Assembly: GCF_004010195.1 (NCBI RefSeq)
Contig: NC_057757.1
Coordinates: 7,907,845 to 7,955,136 of the forward strand
From: Chiloscyllium plagiosum
Lineage: Eukaryota
Direction: 5' to 3'
DNA: 47,292 nt
Shown: positions 22,951 through 34,400 of the stretch, piece by piece
Numbering within the stretch: the first letter of the stretch is position 1
Layout: the number at the start of each line of letters is the position of its first letter
The notes under the pieces: model-generated
What the model saw: the letters and a program-made list of their open reading frames with translations, nothing else
Database searches by the model: none
What the model was told of the DNA's origin: nothing
Position numbers and translations under genes: made by a program

Positions 22951-23421
22951 GATCCCCTCTGCTTGCCAAATAAAAACCAAAGGAACTGAAGACGCTGCAA
23001 ATCAGAAACGAAGCGAAAACCCAGACGTTGCTGGGAAAGCTCAGTAGCATCTGAGGAAGGGTCACCAGACCGGAAACGTAAACTCTGATTTCTCTTCCCA
23101 GATGCTGCCAGACCTGCTGAGCTTTTCCAGCAACTTCAGCTTTTGTCCCTTCTGCCCGGCTTTGCCCCACATCCCTTGTGTACCCATGTGTTTATCCAAA
23201 AGCCCCTTAAACCTCATACCCGTCTCCACTACCGCCCCCTGGTAGTGCGTTGCAGACTCCTATCACTCTCTGTGATGAAAAACGTGCCCCTTCTCTGAAT
23301 GTCCACCCCACCCCACCTTAAATGCAATCCTCCTAATATTAGTATTTCAACTCTGGGGAAAGGTTTCTGACCGGCAACACTATCTCGTAATTTTATATGC
23401 ATTTGCTATCCTCCAAGCCGA

Positions 23422-23703
23422 TGGCCCAGTGGTTAGCACTGCTGCCTCACAGCGCCAGGGACCTGGGTTCAATCCCAGCCTCGGGGCAACTGTCTGTGTG
23501 GAGTTTGCACGTTCTTCCCCGTGTTTGCGTGCGTTTCCTCCGGGTGCTCCGGTTTCCTCCCACACTCCAAAGATGTGAGGGTGAATTGGCCGTGCTAAAT
23601 TGCCCAGAGTGTTAGGTGCATATAGGGTAGGGGAATGGGTCTGGGTGGGTTACTCTTCAGAGGGTCAGTGTTGGGCTGAAGGGCCTGTAGGGAATCTAAT
23701 CTA
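23422..23703 (+). mobile_element. HE1-type SINE
   Basis: A/B boxes, core, tail. Confidence 0.9.
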
Positions 23704-24101
23704 AAACCTCCTGCTTTCTCATATGGATCCCCTGCTAACTCCTACTCCTTTTAAGAAGCTTGTGGGCTCCCTGTATGTTTAACTGTTAGTTCCTTTTTCA
23801 CAAACCCCTTTCTGAGACCTGATGGAACCTGGCGAGCTCCTGGAAGACGCTGACCCATTGGGCGTTCAGTCGTACAGGACAGAAGCAACCCTGTGGCCTT
23901 TGGAGTCTTGCGCCACCGCAGTCTACTCTCGGCCTACTCTAGGCCCACAGCCTAGTGCTTGTCCAAGTAGCTTTTAAAGATTGTGGGGTTTCCCACCTCA
24001 ACGACCCTCCCAAGCAGTGCATTCTAGACTTTCATTACCTTCCAGGTTCAAGAAAATATTATCTTCAAGTCCCTCAAAACCTCCATCTTCAGGGTGTTTT
24101 T

Positions 24102-24435
24102 CATAGAATCCCTGCAGTGTGGAAACAGGCCATTAGGCCCAACAAGTCCACACTGACCCTCCAAAGAGTAACCCACCCAGACCCATTCCCCCTACCCTAT
24201 TACTCACCATTTACCCCTGACTAATGCACTGAACACTGTGGGTAATTTAGTATGGCCAATTCACCCTGACCTGCACATCTTTGGAGTGTGGGAGGAAACT
24301 GGAGCACCCGGAGGAAACCCACGCAGACGTGGAGGAGAATGTGCAAAGTCCACACAGACAGTCACCAGAGGGTGAGATCGAACCCGGGTCCCTGGTGCTG
24401 TGAGGTAGCAGTGCTAACCACTGAGCCACCGTGCT
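24102..24435 (-). mobile_element. HE1-type SINE
   Basis: Full reverse complement. Confidence 0.9.
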
Positions 24436-25319
24436 GCTGCCTTGTTACTGACCCTTCGACTGAGGGGTATGGCCGCTTTCCATTTCACCTTGCCCCATGC
24501 CCCTCTATCGGGTCCCCTGCTCTGCTCCAAGGAAAACAATCCGAGCTTATCCGGCCTCCATTCATCGCTGAGACATTCCCTCCCAGGCCATATCCTGGTG
24601 AGTCTCCCTTCCTGTGCAACCATATCCTCCCTATAGAGACTGGAACTGCACACAGTGCCCGAGTTGTGGGCTGACCAGAGTTCTGCCCAGCACCAATAAA
24701 ACCTCCCAGCTCTATGCCAGGACTCAATCCGTGGCACTCGCGACCTCAGACATTGAGTCAACGTGAGGAGGAGGTGGAGGGATTTTGAATCCGTGATGGT
24801 TTAGAGAATAATAGGGAGAGGGTAGGAAAGTGGGGCTGGGGACCAGCTGAAATCAGCCACGGAGGAGCAGGCTTGGGGGATGGTGGGCCGAATGGCCTAC
24901 TTCCGAAAGGTCCTGAACTGAATGGCTCACTCAGCCCTTTCAGAGGGCCGTTTCGAGTCGACCCCACAGGCTGGAGGTCTGGAGTCCCGTGTGGGCCAGA
25001 CCGGGTCAGGATGTTGAGTTTTATTCTCCCCTAGCGGTCATTCCTGAGCCAGATGGGGCTTCGATGGCCGTTCTCCTGGCTCCTCTCACTGAGACTGACT
25101 TTCATTCCAGATTCATTAGTTCAATGTAGATTCCACTTGTTGTGCAGTGAGCAACTCACCTCTTGACTCCCCAAAGCCAGTCCACCAGTCAGGGGTGTGA
25201 GGAAATACCGCCTCCTTGCCTGGATGAGTGCAGTTAACGACACACAAGAAATTTGACACTATCCAGGACAAAGCTGCCCGCTTGATTGGCACCACATCCA
25301 CCTCTCCCACCACCGACAC

Positions 25320-25538
25320 ATAACCTACACATCCCTGAACACTGAGGGCAATTTAGCATGACCAATTCACCCTGACCTGCACGTCTTTGGACTGTGGGAG
25401 GAAACCGGAGCACCCGGAGGAAACCCACGCAGACACGGGGAGAATGTGCAAACTCCACACAGACAGTCGCCCCGAGGCTGGAATCGAACCCGGGTCCCTG
25501 ACGCTGGGAGGCAGCAGCGCTAACCACTGAGCCACCAG
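25320..25538 (-). mobile_element. HE1-type SINE, 3'-truncated
   Basis: Head and core, reverse complement. Confidence 0.88.
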
Positions 25539-25971
25539 GCCCGCCCCAAGGCGACTCATAAAATCTTGAATGTTTTCATACGTTAGAATGTGACATATTC
25601 ACCAAAGCTAATCTGGGACAACACTGTCCAATCCCATGACCACTTCCACCAAGAAGGACCAGGGCAGCAGATACATGGGAACGCTACCTACTCCAAGTTG
25701 CCCTCCAAGCCACTCGCCATTCTGTCTGGAAGGAGCTGGGCACACGTGTATGAATAACACAGGACATTGGGATGCAGGAAGGAAATTAGCATTTTGGCCT
25801 TTGTTGGAAGGGGAATTGGGCTAAACAAGAATAAACAGATTTGTTACAGTTTGACAGGATTCAATTAGACCACATCGGGAATCCTGTTGGCATCTTCCCA
25901 TCGTAGGAATGGTTTATTTGCCTTGGAGATCCGTCTGATCGTTCCTTTGGACGGGCAGGGGTGGCCAGTGG

Positions 25972-26503
25972 TAGGAGTCACAGGTAGATAGGATAGTGAG
26001 GAAGGCTTTTGGTATGCTTTCCTTTATTGGTCAGAGTATTGAGTACAGGAGTTGGGAGGTCATGTTGTGGCTGTACAGGACGTTGGTTAGGCCACTGTTG
26101 GAATATTGCGTGCAATTCTGGTCTCCTTCCTATCGGAAAGATGTTGTGAAACTTGAAAGGGTTCAGAAAAGATTTACAAGGATGTTGCCAAGGTTGGAGG
26201 ATTTGAGCTATAAGAGGGCATAGGTTTAGGGTGAGAGGGGAAAGATATAAAAGGGAACTAAGAGGCAACTTTTTCACGCAGAGGATGGTGCGTGCATGGA
26301 ATGAGCTGCCAGAGGAAGTGGTGGAGGCTGGTACAATTGCAACATTTAAGAGGCATTTGGATGGGTATATGAATAGGAAGGGTTTGGAGGGATATGGGCT
26401 GGGTGCTGGCAGGTGGGACTCGATTGGGTTGGGATATCTGGTCGGCATGGATGGGTTGGACCAAAGGGTCTGTTTCCATGCTGTACATCTATATGTCTCT
26501 ATG
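25972..26503 (+). mobile_element. CR1 3' end with internal deletion
   Basis: RKAFGMLSFIGQSIEYRSWEVMLWLYRTLVRPLLEYCVQFWSP...; jumps gagctata|agagggcatagg. Confidence 0.92.
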
Positions 26504-27003
26504 NNNNNNNNNNNNNNNNNNNNNNNNNNNNNNNNNNNNNNNNNNNNNNNNNNNNNNNNNNNNNNNNNNNNNNNNNNNNNNNNNNNNNNNNNNNNNNNNN
26601 NNNNNNNNNNNNNNNNNNNNNNNNNNNNNNNNNNNNNNNNNNNNNNNNNNNNNNNNNNNNNNNNNNNNNNNNNNNNNNNNNNNNNNNNNNNNNNNNNNNN
26701 NNNNNNNNNNNNNNNNNNNNNNNNNNNNNNNNNNNNNNNNNNNNNNNNNNNNNNNNNNNNNNNNNNNNNNNNNNNNNNNNNNNNNNNNNNNNNNNNNNNN
26801 NNNNNNNNNNNNNNNNNNNNNNNNNNNNNNNNNNNNNNNNNNNNNNNNNNNNNNNNNNNNNNNNNNNNNNNNNNNNNNNNNNNNNNNNNNNNNNNNNNNN
26901 NNNNNNNNNNNNNNNNNNNNNNNNNNNNNNNNNNNNNNNNNNNNNNNNNNNNNNNNNNNNNNNNNNNNNNNNNNNNNNNNNNNNNNNNNNNNNNNNNNNN
27001 NNN
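26504..27003. other. assembly gap (500 N)
   Basis: Run of N, followed by a (TG)n-like tract to ~27057. Confidence 1.
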
Positions 27004-27216
27004 TGTGTGTGTGTGTCTGTGTGGGTGTGGTCTGTGTAAGTGTGTGCCTGTGTCTGTATAATTCTGTGTACTTTGACCAGTGACTAACTCGCTGGTAAAT
27101 GAAGTGGAAGACCCATCAATAGATAGCTGTGGTCAAGAGCAGGGAATGTGTCCATCTGTTATTTCGTTTAACTGTGCCCTAAGTTGAATTATTCGTTCAA
27201 TGTGCCACATGTTATG

Positions 27217-27527
27217 ATTAGATTAGATTCCCTACAGTGTAGAAACAGGCCCTTCGGCCCAACAAGTCCACACCAACCCTTCGAAGAACAACCCACCCAG
27301 ACCCATTTCCCTCTGACTAGTGCACCTAACACTATGGGCAATTTAGCATGGCCAATTCACCTAACCTGCACATCTTTGGAGTGTGGGAGGAAACCGGAGC
27401 ACCCGGAGGAAACCCACACATACAGGGGGAGAACATGCAAACTCCACACAGTTAGTCGCCCGAGGCTGGAATCGAACCCAGGTCCCTGGTGCTGTGAGGC
27501 AGCCGTGCTAACCACTGAGCCACCCCA
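27217..27527 (-). mobile_element. HE1-type SINE
   Basis: Full reverse complement with (gatta)n tail. Confidence 0.9.
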
Positions 27528-28302
27528 TGTTAAACGGGCTTGCGTTGGATTTGCTCCACGTCTCTGGATTGTTGAATACCTACATGAGGACAAGATAGTA
27601 GAGTCATTTCCCTATCACAAGGATGCATCAGTGTTTTGCTTCCTGTAACAGTAGCAAGCCCCTCTGTGCTATCCCACACTTGTTCAATAACAGCTTCTCA
27701 GTTCCTCTGTCGTTGCTTTCTGAAACTTCGATACATCACTCAGAGACTGTAATCACAAACAGCAGCAGAGCCAAATTCGTAGAAACTGCATTCGAGTAAA
27801 TGCAACGGTCTGTTTGTCATACTGTGCACAAGGATCTCTCCGTGAAGCCGAGGGAAGGCAATCAGTGCAGATACACTCCCTAAAGACGCTCCATTTTCCA
27901 GCAGGTTTTACTAACTCCCTGGGCCCAGCTCACCGATGGAGCAGTAGCGCTCCGAAAGCTAGTGCTTCCAAGTAAACTGGCTGGGCTGTAACCTGCTGTT
28001 GTGTGACGTTTAACTTTATCTGCTCTAATGAACACAGCCTTCCCAATACTAACCCCCTCCCCCCCACCCAATAGCATCATTTCAGGCTGGTACGCTGAGG
28101 ATTTGCTGATGCTTAATCCGTTTTTCCGTCTCCAATTATTCCCAGGTTTGTTCAAGGCCGGACACACATTTCCTGCTTCTTGCACATGAAGAGGCCAATG
28201 AGGAGACAGTCAGCCCTGCTCTCTCTGTAACCTCAAACCCTCGTTCTCACCTACCCCTGGTATACCTCCCCCCACTCCCCCTACTCCCACCGCCTTGTTT
28301 AA

Positions 28303-28930
28303 TAGAACATAGAACAATACACCGGCCCTCGATGTTGTGCTGACCTGTGAACTATCCTTAACTCGTCCCCCTACACTATCCCATCATCATCCATGTGCTT
28401 ATCTAAGGATTGTTTAAATCTCCCTAATGTGGCTGAGTTAACTACATTGGAAGGCAGGGCATTCCACACCCTTACCACTCCCTGAGTAAAGAACCTGCCT
28501 CTGACATCTGTCTTAAATCTTTCGTCCCTCAATTTGTAGTTATGCCCCCTCGTACAAGCTGACGTCATCATCCTAGGAAAAAGACTCTCACTGTCCACCC
28601 TATCTAATCCTCTGATCAGCTTGTATGTCTCTGTTAAATCCCCTCTTAGCTGCCTTTTCTCCAATGAGAACAGACCCAAGTCCCTCAGCCTTTCCTCATA
28701 AGACCTTCCCTCCAGACCAGGCAACATCCTGGTAAATCTCCTCTGCACCTTTTTCCAATGCTTCCACATCCTTCCCGAAATATGGGGACCAGAACTGTAT
28801 ACAATATTCCGAGTGCGGCCGCACCAGCGTTTTGTATAGTTGCAGCGTGATATTGCGGTTCCGGAACTCAATCCCTCTACCAATGAAACCTAACACACCG
28901 TATGCCTTCTTAACAGCACTATCTACCTGG
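28303..28930 (-). mobile_element. CR1 3' fragment (second subfamily, well preserved)
   Basis: ORFs 28696..28896 and 28371..28883 (LYKTLVRPHSEYCIQFWSP / VQRRFTRMLPGLEG...FFTQGVVRVWNALP), one frameshift. Confidence 0.92.
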
Positions 28931-29830
28931 GGTCAATGAGAATCGACCATCAGTCCATAAGAGTCAAAACACTCTAACTCTGTATTCCTCTCGACAGATA
29001 CTGCCAAACCTGCTGAGTTTCTCCAAGACTCTGCTTTTGTGGCGGAATCGATTGACCTCTGCCTCCCAACGTTTTCAGGACCCTGCTCCCCCCTCCTTTA
29101 CAGGAAGGACCCACAAACTCTTCGTGAAGTTATATTTTGCCTCGTTTTGCTGAAAAACTGGCACCGAATTCTAGAGTCTCCCACAAAGCGGAAACCTCTT
29201 TTCCATGTCCACCCTGTCAGACCCCCCTCAGGGGTCTTGGGTTTGAATGAAGTCACCGTGAACTCTGACCTCCAGCGGGTTCAAGCCAAACCTGTCCAAA
29301 CCTTCTCACTTACTCCAGGTATTAACCTGGTAAACCTTGTCTGAATGGCTTCCAATATATTGACGTGACCGATACTGTATGCTGTACCCCAGGTGTGACC
29401 TCACCAGTACGCTGATAGCCTGAAGCATAACCTCCCTGATTTTGCATTGAATTCCCTTACTTCTTGGTTACCATCGATCCTTGTAAAATTCCTCGGCATT
29501 CCTCCGGAATTCCAGCTAAGTGATCGCGCAGAAAGGAGATAGGTGTGGGAGTGGGGAGAGATATAGTGAGTGGACACAAGGGGTTTAATGGGGGGGGCTG
29601 GAGAGCCTGACTCTGATGCTGCAGGTTCATGACCAAGCGCGGACTCACCTCAAAACGCAGACGCACTGTGGGCGCGGTAAATCAGCAACAGAAGACAGAA
29701 GTTGCCGGAAACTGCAGAGAGAAATCAGGGAGAATGCTGCGGGTGCAATGACCCTTCCTCATAACTGGGAGTTCGGAGGGAAGGCCACTTCACCCGACGT
29801 GTGGTCTCACCTAACTTATATAAAAGAAAA

Positions 29831-30825
29831 TTAGATTCCCTACGGTGTGGAAACAGGCCCTTCGGCCCAACAAGTCCACACCCACCCTCCGAAGAGTAAC
29901 CCACCCAGACCCATTCCCCTATTACTCTACATTTACCCCTGACTGATGCACCTGACCTACACATCCCTGAACACTCTGGGCAGTCTAGCATGGCCAATTC
30001 ACTCTGACCTGCACAGCTTTGGACTGTGGGAGGAAACCAGAGTACTCAGAGGAAACCCCCGCAGACACGGGGAGAATGTACAAACTCCACACACAGTCGC
30101 CCTGAGGCTGGCGCTGGGAGGCAGCAGTGCTAACCACTGATTCTCCCAGCCGTGTACGAACCACAGCTTTCTCAGCCCTGAAAGATGTGCTACAGTTGCT
30201 CCAGCGCTTTCAATGTTTGTCCCGTTCTTCAAGAAAAAGGAGCAGTTGGAGGCCATTCGTGCCGGCCTGGCCATGCTAGCGGGCGAACTGCCCCAGTCTT
30301 CCATTCGCCGTTCAATCCAGCTCCTGTCAGTCCATCAGCTCCCAGATATTTCAAACATCAATCTACCACCTCTCAATTACTTCATTGACGTAGCCTCCGT
30401 AACCCACTCGGGGACAGAGTCACAAACATTCACTCCTCTCTCTCTCAAAGAAGAAATCCCTTCGCAGCTCAGTTACAAAAAGAATGCATCTTCCTGACAG
30501 GCCATTCAGCCCATCAAGTACCGCACCCCCCCCAACCCCAATCCCAATGCCAATCCCAATCCCCCCCATCCCCCTAACCCTTTGCTTCCCCTGGCTAATC
30601 CACCCAGCCTCCTCATCCCTGAAAACTACAGGGCAATTTAGCATGGCCAATCCACCCTGACCTGCACATCTTTGGACTGTGGGAGGAAACCGGAGCACCC
30701 GGAGGAAACCCACGCAGACACGGGGAGAATGTACAAACTCCACACACAGTCGCCCTGAGGCTGGAATCGAACCTGGGTCCCTGGCGCTGTGTGAGGCAGC
30801 AGTGCTAACCGCTGAGCCACCCCAA
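29831..30825 (-). mobile_element. composite HE1 + CR1 tail + spacer + HE1 (copy 2)
   Basis: Inverted near-identical copy of 4336-5530, without the 5251-5476 insert. Confidence 0.85.
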
Positions 30826-30829
30826 GTTG

Positions 30830-31420
30830 AGAAACGAACGTAATAGATGTTTATACACAAGAATAAGGGGCGTGGATGGAGTTCATGGTCACTGTTTTCT
30901 GTCCCTGAGGATGGGGGGATTTGAAGCCAAAGGGAGCACATTTTTGAAACGCGAGAGATTGGTAAAAAGATACGGAGAGCAATTTTTTAACGCAGAATGT
31001 GGTTTGTGTGTGCACTGAACTTCCTGAGGAAGCGGTGGGTGCGGGTACAGTGACAGCATTCAAAAGACATTTGGCTGCGTACATTGCAGAGAAATGCCTG
31101 GAGGATTAAGGGCCAGGAGCAGCGAGATGGGACTCGGTCAGTTTGGGATGACGGTCGTCATGTGGAAAGCACAGCCAGTCAGACACCATCCAGGGAGCAG
31201 GAGAGTCAATGTTTCCGGCACAAGCTACTCAACAGGAATCTTACGCCCAAAACGTCGACTCTCCCGTTCCTCGGATGCTGCCAGACCTGCTGTGCTTTTC
31301 CAGCAGCGCACTCTTGACGCTGACCTCCAGCAGCAGTAGTCCTCACTATCTCTCTGTTATGGTCGGTACATACGGGATGGGCCGAACATTCTGTTCCTGA
31401 GCTGTGCGAGTCTTTAAAAG
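30830..31420 (+). mobile_element. degenerate CR1 3' end with a short Penelope-type insert (~31160-31350)
   Basis: CR1 ORF2-end similarity. The tail resumes at ~31360 and runs directly into the satellite. Confidence 0.7.
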
Positions 31421-34400
31421 AGAGTCATAGAGATGGGGTCAGCATGGACGGGATGGGCCGAAGGGTCTGTTTCCGTGCTGTGTGACTCGAGAAGATAGAG
31501 TCATAGAGATGGGGTCCGCATGGACGGGATGGGCCAAAGGGAGTGTTTCCGTGTTGTGTGACTCTATAAGCTGGAATCATAGAGATGGGGTCAGCATGGA
31601 CGGGATGGGCCGAAGGGTCAGTTTCCGTGCTGCATGAATGTATAAGATGGAGTCATAGAGATGGGGTCAGCATGGACAGGATGGACCGAAGGGTCTGTTT
31701 CGGTGCAGTACGACTCTTTAAAAGAGAGTCATAGAGATGGGGTCAGCATGCACGGGATGGGCCAAAGGGAGTGTTTCCGTGTTGTGTGACTCTATAAGTT
31801 GGAATCATAGAGATGGGGTCAGCATGGATGGGATGGGCCGAAGGGTCAGTTTCCGTGCTGCATGAATGTATAAGATGGAGTCATAGAGATGGGGTCAGCA
31901 TGGACAGGATGGACCGAAGGGTCTGTTTCGGTGCAGTACGACTCGATAAGATGGAGTCATAGAGATGGGGTCAGTATGGACGGGATGGGCCGAAGGGTCT
32001 GTTTCCGTGCTGTATGACTGTATAAGATAGAGTCATAGAGAAGGGGTCAGTATGGCAGGATGGACCAAAGGGTCTGTTTCCGTGTTCTGTGACTCTATAA
32101 GATAGAGTCATAGAAATGGGGTCAGCATGGACAGGATGGGCCGACGGGTCTGTTTCCGTGTTGTGTGACTCTATAAGATACAGTCATAGAGATGGGGTCA
32201 GCATGGACGGGATGGGCCGAAGGGTCTGTTTCGTGCTGTAAGACACTATGAGATAGAGTCATAGAGATGGGGTCAGCATGGACGGGATGGGCTGAAGGGT
32301 CTGTTTCCGTGCTGTGCGACTCTATAATAGGTAGAGTCATAGAGATGGGGTCAGCATGGACGGGATGGACTGAAGGGTCTGTTTCCGTGTTGTGTGGCTC
32401 TATAAGATACAGTCATAGAGATGGGGTCAGCATGGACGGGATGGGCCGAAGGGTCTGTTTCGTGCTGTAAGACACTATGAGATAGAGTCATAGAGATGGG
32501 GTCAGCATGGACGGGATGGGCTGAAGGGTCTGTTTCCGTGCTGTGCGACTCTATAATAGGTAGAGTCATAGAGATGGGGTCAGCATGGACGGGATGGACT
32601 GAAGGGTCTGTTTCCGTGCTGTGTGACTGGATAAGATAGAGTCATAGAGATGGGGTCAGTATGGACAGGATGGGCGAAAGGGCCTGTTTCCGTGCTGTGT
32701 GGTGCTATAAGATAGAGTCATAGAGATGGGGTCAGTATGGACAGGATGGGCCGATGGGGCTGTTTCCGTGCTGTGTGATGCTACAAGATAGAGTCATAGA
32801 GATGGGGTCAGCATGGACGGGATGGGCCGAAGGGTCAGTTTCCGTGTTGTGTGGCTCTATAAGATGAAGTCATAAAGATGGGGTCAGCAGGGACGAGATG
32901 GGTCAAAGGGCCTGTTTCCGTGTTGTGTGAATCTATAAGATGGAGTCATAGAGATGGGGTCAGCATGGGCGGGATGGGCTGAAAGGTCTGTTTCCATGCT
33001 GTGCGACTCTATAAGATAAAGTCATAAAGATGGGGTCAGCATGGACGGGATGGGCCGAAAGGCCTGTTTCCATGCTGTAGGACTCTATTAGATAGTGCCA
33101 TAGAGATGGTGTCAGCATGGACGGGATGGGCCGAAGGGCCTGTTTCCGTGCTGTAGGACTCTATAATAGGTAGAGTCATAGAGATGGGGTCAGTATGGAC
33201 AGGATGGACCGAAGGGTATGTTTCCGTGCTGTGTGAATCTATAAGATGGAGTCATAGAGATGGGGTCAGCATGGAAAGAATGGGCTGAAGGGTCTGTTTC
33301 CATGTTGTGTGACTGTATAAGGTAGAGTCATAGAGATGGGGTCAGCATGGACGGGATGGGCTGAAGGGTCTGTTTCCGTGTTGTGTGACTCTATAAGATA
33401 GAGTCATAGAGATGGGGTCAGTATGGACAGGATGGGCCGAAGGGTCTGTTTCCGTGCTGTGTGACTCTATAAGATAGAGTCATAGAGATGGGGTCAGTAT
33501 GGACGGGATGGGCCGAAGAGTCTGTTTCCATGTTGTGTGACTGGATAAGATAGAGTCATAGAGATGGGGTCAGCATGGACGGGATGGGCCGAAGGGCCTG
33601 TTTCCGTGCTGTGCGACTCTATAAGATAGTGCCATAGAGATGGGGTCAGTATGGACAGGATGGGCCGAAGGGTCTGTTTCCCTGCTGTAAGAGTCTATAA
33701 GATAGAGCCATAGAGATGGGATCATTATGGACCGGATGGGCCGAAGGGCCTGTTTCCATGTTGTGCGACTCTATTAGGTAGTGCCATAGAGATGGGGTCA
33801 GCATGGACGGGATGGGCCAAAGGGTCTGTTTCCGTGCTGTGTGACTAGATATGATAGAGTCATAGAGATGGGGTCAGTATGGACGGGATGGTCCGAAGGG
33901 TCTGTTTCGTGCTGTAAGACTCTATGAGATAGAGTCATAGAGATGGGGTCAGCATGGACGGGATGGGCCGAAGGGTCTGTTTCCGTGCTGTGTTAATCTA
34001 TAAGATGGAGTCATAGAGATGGGATCAGTATGGACAGGATGGACCGAAGGGTCTGTTTCCGTCCTGTGTGACTGGATAAGATGGAGTCATAGAGATGGGG
34101 TCAGCATGGACGGGATGGGCCGAAGGGCCTGTTTCCGTGCTGTAGGATTCTATAAGAAGTAGAGTCATAGAGATGGGGTCAGTAAGGACGGGATGGGCTG
34201 AAGGGGCTGTTTCCATGCTGTGCGACTCTATAAGATAGTGCCATAGAGATGGGGTCAGTACGGACAGGATGGGCCGAATGGCCTGTTTTCGTGCTTGTGA
34301 CTGGATAAGATAGAGTATTAGAGATGGGGTCAGCATGGACAGGATGGGCCGAAGGGCTTGTTTCCGTGTTGTGTGACGCTATAAGATAGTGCCATAGAGA

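Noticed and set aside
28371..28896. 170-aa ORF as a functional gene
   Set aside because: Frameshifted 3' fragment of CR1 ORF2.
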